Shown piece after piece: positions 12,601-24,600 of a DNA stretch of 33,849 nt; within the stretch, counting starts at the first letter, position 1; each line of letters opens with the position of its first letter. The notes under the pieces are model-generated. The model searched no databases, was not told the origin of the DNA, and was given only the letters and a program-made list of their open reading frames with translations. Both the position numbers and the translations under genes were made by a program. The DNA comes from Nemertoderma westbladi (taxonomy: Eukaryota; Animalia; Xenacoelomorpha), in assembly GCA_032718475.1 (NCBI GenBank), contig JAUCBJ010003606.1, positions 1 through 33,849 on the forward strand. The letters are read 5' to 3'.

Positions 12601-15600
12601 ATTTTGTCTGTTCAGATTTTACAGTTATGCAAGGGCTACAATATAGTGAAAACAGAATCAAAATCGGCTGAGCAGTTCAAAAGTAGATAGACAAAATGTG
12701 CAAAATTATTTCATTTTGAGAAAAATGCATTTGAAAGTGAAACATACTTAAATAGGGCCTACAGTATATTATATACTGTATAAGTTACAAAAAAATTATT
12801 CTGGTGTATATTTCATGTGTAATATTATTTACTATTAATTAGGACATGACGAATCTAACTGAACAAGTTTCAACAGTCTGTTATAAAGCAAATATATAGA
12901 TTTATGGGGACTTCGTAGTAACAAACTGAAATAAATTTCTAAAACCCTCCAGGTTTGTAAGCGGAATCGTTGTTTTCCGGGCGGAATTTCTTTGATTTGC
13001 GTTTGAGGAGGCTTCGTGAAGTTCTCTTGCGGTCTCTCACCTTGCACCCTGTCGCCATCTTCACCCCAGGCCCCAGGCCCAACTTCATATACAGTATCTG
13101 AGCTGCAGATGAACCCCTGTTGTGCACAAGTGCAGTATAATATGCATGGAATTCCAATGTTGTTCTTCCCTGGAACTTATCCTTCCCACATTTGTTCCAA
13201 AGTCGACCATGAATAGATTCGTTTTGGTTCTGTGTGAGACCAGGAAGGCAACGCTTCAATAGATTCCGATCTGTAAGTCTATTGTATACGGGCATAATGT
13301 GGGCATGCCACTCCGGCTTGATGAAGGATTTGTCCTTGTAGGTTGGGTCTTTCTGGATCGCTTTGCACCACCGCATTGGACAATCCTCATGTTTTCTTTC
13401 CCGCTGAGATTCTGGGTAATTCGTGTAATGAAATACAGTAGCTTTCACCTCGCGTATTATGGTGTCAATGAGGTTCTCCAGTTCGTCTGGGTCTATTGTT
13501 CGGTAGTCTACAGAAGAGACATGGTGAACAACAGTGTTCCGGTAATAACTGGCTAGTTGTCTGATCCGTGGCTGAGAGAGCCCATTGACACCACCGATCC
13601 TTTTTTTCTTTACGGACTGATTCAAGGCCATTGGTTACTCGTTTAGCGATATGGTTAATACACTCATATTTCTTTACTGGGTGCTCGATGCCATATGGAG
13701 GGTTCTCTCGGAGCTCTTTGAAAACAGAACTGTCTCCATCGCTTAGCAGCTCTGTATATCGCAACCTGTTCCTTTCAATGGATCTTGCCCAAAGTTGCTT
13801 CGCAGCAAAAGTTTCCATGGCATTGCTACTGCCACGGAAATTTATGTCACAATTATGTTGCGGTACGTGTATAGTACAAAGTTTAGAATAATGGCGGCAA
13901 ATATAACATGATTTGCTGACAACAAAAATATCTAGAACTGCGCCGGTATCAGCAGACATCACATAGGCCACACAGTAAAGGGACATATGCCCACGTTTCT
14001 GCCAAGTGGCATCAAAAGTAACAGATACATTATATATTGACTCACTATTACCAGAGATAGGGTTACCTGTATCTGCCCCATGCTTATTACGCAGCTTCTG
14101 AGCTTCATTGTAACAATTACCAATCGCCAGGTTTCTAACAGCATCAGTAATTCGCCTAAGAGTAACTCTCCAGCGACTATGATTGACAGGATTTGGCATT
14201 TCCATCGCCTCCGAAAATCTTCGAGCAGTGTCATGTGTTCCCCCAATCATAAGAAACGCTAATATAGTACGAGTGTTTATACGGCGCTTTGACTCATTAG
14301 GATGATTGCTTATATCATTGACTACATTTTCGAATTTGTAAATATATTCACATGTCTCACATTCAAGAAATATATTGAAATAATATCCGTTTTGGAGATT
14401 TGGAGTAAACTTCAGAACACCGCCGCAGTGATGTCGATGAATGTCGGACATACAATCCTTCATGGTTGAATATTCGACAAACTGGAATCCTTCACTTCCA
14501 ATCAGAGGACCCGTAAATGCATCCCCAATCACTCCAAGACGATCAGTCGTGTGGGAACTCTGATTCGCTTTGGGAATCAGATCTGACTCCTCAACTGGTA
14601 GATTAACAACGATTTCCTGTTTTCTAGTCCCTGCAAAAGTCCCCTTCCGCCCACCCAGTTTTGGCATTCTTGTTGACAATATTACGCTATTTATATTGCA
14701 AAAATATATACGAATAAAGGTAGAAGTGGATAGGTTACATTACAGTTTACCGTGTAGGTAACCGTTTACATGAATTACAGCAGTACGAGTTAATCAAACG
14801 GGTTTAACTAGGCCTACTATAAATATACACTGTAAACCTATACATATTAATTTCAAATTTCCCTCCAAAATGTTAAATTGATTGGAGATCGCAATACTGT
14901 ATTTCTTTGAGTGCAGCATTGAATTTATTTGTCCAAAACGGAAAAAATGTCGATTTTTTGATAATTTTCGTAACTGACAGCACATTTTTGAACTTCTGTA
15001 ATTCAAAAACTAGAAGAGATATTAAAATACCGATTTCAAATTTGAAATCGCCGTTAATTTCTGTACAAAAAAACGCAATAATGTTATTTTTGATAAAAAA
15101 AATATATTTGGGGTGTCCCTCCCCCCTTAATGGTACCACACGAAAGATTTTAGCAGTTACCTAGACTACAATGGCTATCATTAATGGATAATACACAAGG
15201 ACGTGTTAGTCAACCAGCAGAAACCAGTTGTACCAATAAATTGAACAGCTGGTTTGCATAAGCGTAAGCACAAAACACCTAAATTGTGTCTTTCGTAGAG
15301 CCAACAATACGGCATTTTTTAATTAATCACTAATAAATAAACTTAATTAATTAAACATTCCGTACTAACCAGTTCTCAGGGCGATGTTAGTGATATAAAA
15401 GGGACCCACTTCCACGACCTTCTCATCGCCTAAACCAGTTAACCATTTCTTCTATAGGCGGGTTGAATGTGAGCGGAGGTGCGCAGGGTAAGTTGAGTCC
15501 GTTGTTAGTGAAACGAATTCCAGCCAGTCGGAAATCACTCCATTTCATCTGAACTAAGGCCTATTTAAATTAAAAAAATTTATGCAAATTTATATAATAA

Positions 15601-18600
15601 AAACTAATTAATTTTAGGGAGAAAAAAATTTCGTGAGTTTTTTATACTAAATGCATGCCATAAATGGTTAGCTAGGGCCTGATACTGGTGAAAAATGTTC
15701 CCCCCCGAAAGCAAATTGAGGTACAAACCTTTATCCTGTATGTGCCTTCAGGTACATTTAATTTAGCATGTATGGCTATAGCTGAGCCAGATAGGGATGG
15801 ACCGGGTTTGAATATAGTTCCATCGGTGTATGGGAAGGTAGCTGATATAACATGTAGAGTCTCGCTCCCAACTGTTGGTGTTCCAGACCCTAATTCCAAC
15901 TCGTCAATAGCGAAGGCCTTCTTGTCGTCCCTAGGCACTGATCTAAGTGGGCTGCTATCCGCGCGACCCATAAGCTAGAAATTAAAAAACAATAAGAGCT
16001 GCTGTTGCACCTGTTTTTTTTAAATTATAATAATTACTATATATATAATTATAATATAGTTTTTATAATTAGGAGCCCCGCTCGACAGCGGGATACTTAC
16101 TGTAAATGTAAGCGGATTCAATTTCCTTCCACTACCCAGCGGAAAATGGGCGAAGTGGCATTTTACCAATTATAATTGGCAAGGTGACATTACCAATAAG
16201 TAATGTCACCTAACAAACCAATTTAGACGATACACATCGCTACACACAAGTTGAGAGGTCATAAACCATCTCAGAGGGACAAAGGGGCTAGCAAGGCTTG
16301 CACATGGGGATAGTGGCAGCAGGGAGTGGCGAGATAGACATTAATCGGATTAGCCAATGATGGGAAGGGAAAACAGGTGATTGGAATGCATCTACTGGCC
16401 AGGCCACTCAATACAGTAGCTGTGACTAATATGTGTTAATAATAATACATAACCGTTTACAATACATAACCGATAAACTTTTAGCAACTACTGTAAAGGT
16501 GCAACATACCGTACACACGGTACAACGTATGCAGCCTGATGACAGGCAGTCAGTGCTTAGGGCTGTAGCGCCCACCACAACTATGCAACTGCACTACCGG
16601 TACTCACAACGTTTCACTGTTTTAATTAGACCCCTAAATATTTTAATGTAAATTTCCCATTATTTACTGTAAATGCTGCTTGGTAGGTACCCTATACTTT
16701 TAAATTGTGAACTAATTTTTAAATTTAATTATATTTTAAACGCGATTTTAATTGAATATACCGCTGAAGACGCCCGCGAGGGTGAAATGGCCATACGGTA
16801 AATAATTAACTTCATTTTTTTATATATCCACATGGTGAAAGACCCCTTCCTTGCCTTTATTAATCCTGTAATTATGAATTACGCCACGTAAAACGTCGTT
16901 CCGGTTAATCCAAAACCTAAGTTTAGCCAATGATGGGAAGGGAAAACAGGTGATTGGAATGCATCTACTGGCCAGGCCACTCAATACAGTAGCTGTGACT
17001 AATATGTGTTAATAATAATATATAACCGTTGTACTAGTGGGTTATGATTCAGTTGGTATCTATACAGTTGTGAGACCGGAACGGTTTTTAACCGTCGTCA
17101 TTACCGTGCAATTATATTCTGACTGTGCTATTATTATGTTCTGTGATTACAACAACTGACAGTAAAAACTCAGTTATTTCAACGGCCTTCAGCCTATTAT
17201 ATATATCCAGACCACAGCTTTAGCAGCCTACGGACGCGGCCTTCGGCCTATTATATATATCCAGACCACAACTTTAGCAGCCTACGGACGCGGCGACGCG
17301 TATAACACACACACACACCGGTCGGGATCCATACTGCCAACTCCGTTGGATCCCGTCACAGTTAAAAACCGCCAACAACTCAACAACCATTTAAGTAAAC
17401 TGTGACCACAAACAGCGCCAACATGAGCGAACACGAGACGCCCCAAGGGTCCAGAGGGAGAGACGAGCCCGCCGCAAACGCCGAGCGACAGAGACGAAAC
17501 GATTCAGGAAGCAGCGACGAGGCGGTACTGGCCCATCACATCGGATTCGCCAATGAGGAACATTTCCGCTACCTAGTCCGATTTGGGCAGGGGGAACTAG
17601 CAAGTGAGAGGGCGAGGGGGGTCGCCACAGAACTTTTCGAATTGTGGCGATCCGAGGTGATGGAGGCTAGTGTGGTGTATGTAGGGCCCTATCTAGTAGA
17701 TGTGAGGGGATTAAGTTAGTGGGATGGGCAGACCTGCACGACACCGAACCCGAGGTTAACCCCGAAGATTCGGTGTCGTCGATTAGTAGGAATGTTAGTA
17801 GACATGGGAAAATTAGTAGGACGAACAGGCGATGGGAGTCCGTCGCAACAGAAAAGTCTGCTACATCCTCCGCGAAAGCAAGAAGGGTGTTAGAGATAGA
17901 TCTGGCGTGTCAGCTAGACATTGCCACGCTGGATCAAAAGGAACTAGAGAGACAGCTGGATGAGGGGACCGCGTTACTAGAAAGGGAAAGGGAACTAGCG
18001 AGAGAGTATAAAGAGAGGGCCGAGAGGGTGGCCAGAAACTATAGAGAGGGTGAGGAGAGGGATATGAGTGAGTGTAAAGGAGCGGGAGGAGAGACAGGTG
18101 GACGAGCGCAAAGAGCGGGAGGCAAGGAAAGCTGAGAGGATTGCGAGAGAGGCAGAATTAGCTGATCAGAGTATTAGAGAGGACAGAGAAAGAGAGAGGG
18201 CGGGTAAACGTATGCGGGATGATATGCATACCCGGTTGAGGGGGTTAATGCAATATCAGGCAAAGCAGAAATGCTGATTAGAACAGGCAAAAAAAGGGTT
18301 TATCAGAGAGTGAGGCTGGTTCGGAAAGTATTTATGAGGAACCGGAGGTGATGGAAATCTTTGTTAATACCCCACTTACAGGTACCGGACGACAGACCCA
18401 GAACTGGTGTGACCGGACGGGGCGGGTGGTGGGGGGGGGGGGGGGGATAATGACAATACGTTTGATGAAAACGTTAATATTAATAGTAACCGTAGTAAAT
18501 AATCCTAATACTAACGAAAACTTTTCTTGCAGGAAATAATATTTTGGTTAATAATAATATTGATACTGGTATAACAAGTAATTTAAATAATAATATAGCA

Positions 18601-21600
18601 AATAATAATGGTGAAGAAAATAATCTAAATAATAATCTAATTATTGGTGCACAAAATGACCAAAATACGCTAAATAATAATACTGCAAATAATCCCGGTG
18701 AAATTAATCAAAATAATCTAATCTAAATGGTAATATAATAAATCAACAGGGTGAGGCTAGTGGAGGCATAATTAATACAAACGTAGGGGAAACAGGCAAT
18801 ATGCCTAGAGGGGGCCTACAAGGCTACGCAGTTGCGCAGGGAGGAATGCAGGTGAATAAACCCAGGGAGAATAGAACTAACGTGTCGACTGGGGGAGAAC
18901 ATGGGCATGGGGGCGAAGTGGGAAGTGATGGGTGGGGGGGGAGGGGGGGGGGGGTTACGGGCATCCCACCGCAACCAATTAATGACGAGAAGGGGGGGGG
19001 GCAGAAAATGCTCCACAGATGTCAACGGGAAATGCGCTCGGTGATTAAACTGAACCGGGGCTCCCGACGATGGAGGATAAAAGGAGGACTGCGAATATCC
19101 GCGAGGCCGTCCAACCGGGCAGAGGGAGGGATGTTGGTGCCATAAGCAGCCAAACGAGAAAACATCGAGCCCACTCGGAAGATGGAAGAAGGACAGTAGA
19201 GTTCATCCAGGAGGTTGATACGAGATCTCATGAAGGAGGACATTATGCTGAAATCAGAAGAAGTGGGAGGGACGAGGAAGTGTTGGTATGGGCAACCAGA
19301 GAGGTCGAGAGAGGACGGACAGTGAACCGTCGATAGTTGAACTGGAGAGAGAAAGCCGGTGTGGTCGTACTCCTGGAGATTGCCATTGCCCCGGAGAAAC
19401 ACAACCTGGTGAAACATACCACACACCGGGAGAGGGGTACAGAATGTACCGATACGAGGAGGAAGACAGAGGAGGGGATCGGAGGGAATCTTCCTGTCGG
19501 AATGTAGCTGCCGATTGAGGATATGGTAGTCGTGGGGAGGAGTTCTCGGAATATTCGAAAAGATTAAACTTCGATCTGGAAGGACACAGGCAGACTGCAC
19601 GGAGAGGTCATAAACCATCTCAGAGGGACAAAGGGGCTAGCAAGGCTAGCATGTGGGGATAGTGGCAACAGGGAGTGGTGAGATAGACATTAATCGGATA
19701 TGCCAATGATGGGAAGGGAAAACAGGTGATTGGAATGCATCTACTGGCCAGGCCACTCAATACAGTAGCTGTGACTAATATGTGTTAATAATAATATATA
19801 ACCGTTGTGCTTATGGGTTATGATTCAGTTGTTATCTATACAGTTGTGAGACCAGAACGGTTTTTAACCGTCGTCGTCATTACCGTGCAATTATATTCTG
19901 ACTGTGCTATTATTATGCCTTGTGATTACAACAACTGACAGTAAAAACTCAGTTATTTCAACGGCCTTCGGCCTATTATATATATCCAGACCACAGCTTT
20001 AGCAGCCTACAGATGCGGCGACGCGTATAACACACACCGGTTGGGATCCATACTGCCAACTCCGTTGGATCCCGTCACAGTAAAAATCGCAGGTCATATA
20101 ACACTGACTGACTGACTCACTCACTCACTCACTGATCAAAATTTTGCATGCACAATGCTTTGGTGGTTCATAATCGCGTTACAAAATTTCAGATCGATTC
20201 TACGTGTGGTATGTGATATATTTCGTTTTAACATTATTTTGTCGCGAAATTATATGTATTTAGACATTCATTGACAGCTGTGGCAAAGGAATACATAGAC
20301 TACATAGACGTTGGCTTTAGGGGTATTATTGGGCGGGCCTGACCAGCCCAATGAGAGCCAGCAAGCTGGCTATAAGAAGACCACCCACCCATGACAAACG
20401 TAGTGTAGTTGGTTCCCTCTAGATTAATTGAACAGCTTTGCTTACAGTCTGTGAGAGTATTACCAGCCCCTAAATTATGAATAAATCATAAGAACGGGGC
20501 GATGGATGGTTCAATGGTATTTAAAATAGAGTTTTGAAGCAGCAATAATTATATTTTATTTACAATAAGGTAGAACAAACAGCGAAACAAAAACGGATAT
20601 AAAATAAGTGACTACTGTATAAAATACCAATATGCGGTTATATTTATAGGCGGCACGGGCAATACGGAATACCTAACATACTACAATCAAAGAGATTCAG
20701 GTCAGGGCCGGATTAAGTGGCGTGCAATGGGTTCAGGTGCACCCGTGCCGATAACAGGTAATTCACTGGCGACTTCAGGTGACAACAGATTAAACAACCA
20801 ATGACAGCAAAGCTATCAGTGCCTCTGAGAATGACAAATTAATCACACCACCAATAAATGTAAGGTAAGGCTACAGTGTACAGTAGGCAGGGGCCTATAG
20901 TAAGCCTGTTCAATTCAATTAAGCTATCCCCAGTTACAAGCTGAGCAGGGATATTCCAAGGCCGGAGGGGATGACGACTAAATGTTGATTGGCAATATAG
21001 CGCGGTCGTAGAGTGATGAGGGCAATAATGGAGTACGGCCATACGGTAGCGACAACTGGGAAGATATATTCAGCTGACGAGGTAATACATTTAGAATGAA
21101 CCTAAATTTATTATTTGGCTCTATTCGTTGTTATTTATCTGGTTGTGCATCATGGGCATTTTTCATAAATATTCGGTAATCTTATATCTTGTAAACGTGC
21201 TTGGGAATGAAATTATTTTATTCGTATTATATTTTTGTTAGTGGTATAGCTAATAGAAACTCATTTTTTATTATGTGGGACGAGCCACAAAGTCAGCTAG
21301 CCTCACGCCTTACAGTTTGACAATTGTTTAGTTTACTTACTGCTGAATGACATAGTTCATTTGTAATAGTCTTGGCTAGGATTCCTCCTCACCCGGGCGC
21401 GTATTCCCAATCCTTGCACTACTAGGAATACCTCTTGCATTAACACATAGGATTGGTTAACTAACTGTTATTTGATTGGACGTTGAAATCATGTAAGGAA
21501 TGGAAAGACAGGTCGAACTAGTGTAATGGGTTTATACTCAGTTGGCTGGTAGAAAGTTTTCCAAACGCTGTAAGGAATGGAGAAATTGGGTGAAATCATG

Positions 21601-24600
21601 TGGGGCGAGCGACGAAAGTAAGCGAGCTTAGCATACAGGTACCACTAACTCAATCGGTGTGTCTGTTGCTCTGTTGTTCTGTTGCTCTGTTGATCTGTCG
21701 TTCTGTTTTGTCCAATTTTCCAAATGTTAATGAAATTTAACCAAACTTGGTACACATGTATGTAGTCTGGCCAAAGTTTAGAAATTTTCCAAGTTGAATT
21801 TCCGCGTGGCCTTCGAAAAGCTAAGATAATAGCAGTTAATTAGTTAATTAAGTTGATTAGGGTAAAAACAGCAATTTCAACCTGCCTCCTTAAAAGATAG
21901 TAATTATTTTCTAGTATAAGATTTAAATAATTATACTTAAAAGTTATACAGCTGTAATCCCCATACACCATTCCATTATAGTTTTTAATTAGTTCAAGAG
22001 ATTTGCTTGAAGAACTGTGTTTTTAATTGATCTAAACGTAATTAAGTTAAAATGCTTTACATCACTCTATACTTCCAGTCTCATTCCTTGGCATTCTTGA
22101 TATTGCCGAGATGGGAAACATTCCAATCATACTTCCACTGAGCTTGCTCTATCATGCACAATGTTTGGCTGAATTTAATGGTGATTCTTTAGATATTAGC
22201 TAAATGATTTCATTGAGGCATGAACATTATAAATTAATATTTCAGTATCAATACTATCGGAATAAGGTAAGTTTTAATAATTTTTACAAATTGGGTGGCC
22301 GCCGCACAAAATAATATATTTCTTTTAAAACACTAATTTCCTGTTAATACCTCTGCCTTTCATCAATCCTTTGTGCTCCTTTGCGGTTGGGGTGGTGCAG
22401 ATTAAGAGGGCGGTTGAAGCAAGGGGGGAACTTTCCTCTCTTCTTTGTTTTATTCTTATAGGCGGTTTGGTTAAATTTCTTATTTATTTATTTAATTTTC
22501 ATAAGTACCGATTTTGGGATAGAATTACTCAATTTTATTATGTATCTGATAACTAAGCCTCGTCCTGCGCGATGGCCCCACGAACGTGTAAGGGTTATCT
22601 GCCTATTAAACGGTTAATTGTCAGGTGACAGTAAAAAATATATACGAATAGCAGTATACATATATTTAGAGTGGAAATAATGTTGTATAACTCCTTGAAT
22701 ATTTCGATCGAATAGATTATAATAATAAAGTAGTTTTACTGGTAGTATTTAATATTAAAATTCATTAATTTTAAATTCATATTTTAAAGCATTTCACAAT
22801 ATGTAAACATAAAAGCTCCAATGAAATAAACTCATAATTTTTGCAATGTCTTTAGCATTTGTTGGATTTGCATTTATGTTTATCGACAGGTTTCTAGAAC
22901 GTTTTTTAGCGCGTCAAGTCTTGTCAGTACCGCAGGTTGGCCAGCAATACAGAACGCATCCGTTTACTTCCTAAATGTAAGAGCTACTCGTCCTCGCGCT
23001 AGTAGTGCTGTTGGATGGACACGAATAGCAGACCGACTATTCCTAAGCGACTACTACTGTTCGTACAGTTGTACTATAATCGGCCTGCTGCATTGAAACT
23101 GCACATTTAGACCCTATGCCGGCTTAAAAAAAACATTTTGTCACCATTATGCAATCCACAATTGGGAATCCCAATGCAGCGTGCATTAATAATGCTATGC
23201 CGGCTTATCAACAAAGTCCCTATCCCCCATGAATTTCGCGAGATTATCCGCATATTCTATTCATGGCCAGTTTCCTTTAAGAGGCGTCTTAAGAAAGTCA
23301 TGGGCTGTCCATCATGCTTATTTTCTCCACGGGGCTGCCAAAGCACAAGATTGTGCACAGGCTGGTCCTCACGGCAAAAACAATGTCATGCAAAGGAATG
23401 TATCCCCAGACACTAGTATAACCAATGTGGGGCGAGCCACGAAGTGAGCGAAGCCTTAGCATATGGGTACCATTAACGAGTTGTCTGTCGTCGTCGTCGT
23501 CGTCTGTCATTGTCTGTCGTCGCCTGTCGTCATCGTCGTCGTAAATTTTTGATCGCTAACAACTCCTCGGTTATCCATCTGTTACCATTTGTTATCCATC
23601 TGTTATCCATCCTCGGTTACGAGAATCCATCTGCCATAAATCAGCAGTTACTCTTACAGTTTCGAGACTTTGCATAGTTATAAAGGTCGTTAGTCTCCGT
23701 TTAGGAAAATTATTTTAAGACAAAACAGGACGAGCGCACCGAGGCTAATGAAGGAGAAGAGTATTGTAAAACTAAAAATGTCATATTAACTTAAATAGCC
23801 CTAGTTAGAAGGTTTAGAAATGACAGTTAAAGTGTGTAAGGGCAAACTGAAATGGATCTCTGCTTTTACAACTAGTTTATCACAAACTGATAGCATCGCC
23901 TTCACTCATATATATTTTGGTTTTCGTATATCTCAAGCAAAAGCAAACAGTCAGCCGAAGCCGGAGGCGACCCGAAGGCTCCTCTTTCGATAGCTGCTAC
24001 CCGAGGGTAGGGGTGGGCGCTACTCCTATCCCAAGATTTGGTCCCAGTTATTTAACTGGTACTCATTTCATCGACCCCAGTGGATGAAAGGCTGAGTGGA
24101 CCCTGACGGGGCTGAACCTACAACCAATAGATTGCAGGCCCGGCGCTCAACCAACTGAGCTACCCCGCCTTTGATTCGTATATCTAATAGAGATTACTAT
24201 AATGTACTTTCTAATATAGGCCCTCGTGCTGCGCGAAGGCCCCACGAACGTGTTCCAATCGTACCCAATCGTTCCAGTCTGTATAAACCATAACACAATG
24301 TTCTACTGCCTAGAATAATATCACATGTTAGTCTAAGCCTACTCTTCTAATACTGTTAGTATAATAATAACCCTTACAGGATTTCACCCAATTACTCCAT
24401 TCCTTACAGCGTTTGGAACACTTCTACCTGCCAACTGAGTATAAATACACTTACACTAGTTCGACCACTTTCCCCATTTTCAACGTCCAATCAAATAATA
24501 GTTCATTAACCAATCCCAGGCTACAATTCAAGATGTGTTCCTACTAGTAGTGTAAGGATTGGGAATGAGCCCCCCCCCCCCCCCCCCCCCGGGCTCCTTC

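Larger units (their letters stand above)
16253..20090 (+). mobile_element. Unclassified element with about 490-bp direct repeats flanking a decayed gag-like coiled-coil ORF
   Basis: Repeat 16253-17372 (interrupted) matches 19602-20090. AGGTCATA occurs at 16256 and again at 20091. Purine-rich interior with no recognisable RT, integrase or transposase. Confidence 0.75.
21393..24593. repeat. Pair of about 200-bp diverged inverted repeats (21393-21598 and 24367-24593)
   Basis: ATTCCCAATCCTT...CCAAACGCTGTAAGGAATGGAG.AATTGGGTGAAATC and its reverse complement. Confidence 0.85.

Noticed and set aside
13595-13612. Programmed -1 frameshift in the transposase
   Set aside because: The downstream ORF is in the +1 frame, so a single extra A (mutation or assembly error) is the simpler explanation.
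16101-16209. Extra host exon (GTAAGT donor at 16100)
   Set aside because: Stop codons in the phase-compatible frames, and the flanking exons already join in phase.
16532-16566. Second hammerhead (CTGATGA at about 16536)
   Set aside because: No downstream GAAA or stem III.
24095-24169. tRNA-Ala gene
   Set aside because: The acceptor stem does not close. It continues into a SINE core and tail and is flanked by a TSD.
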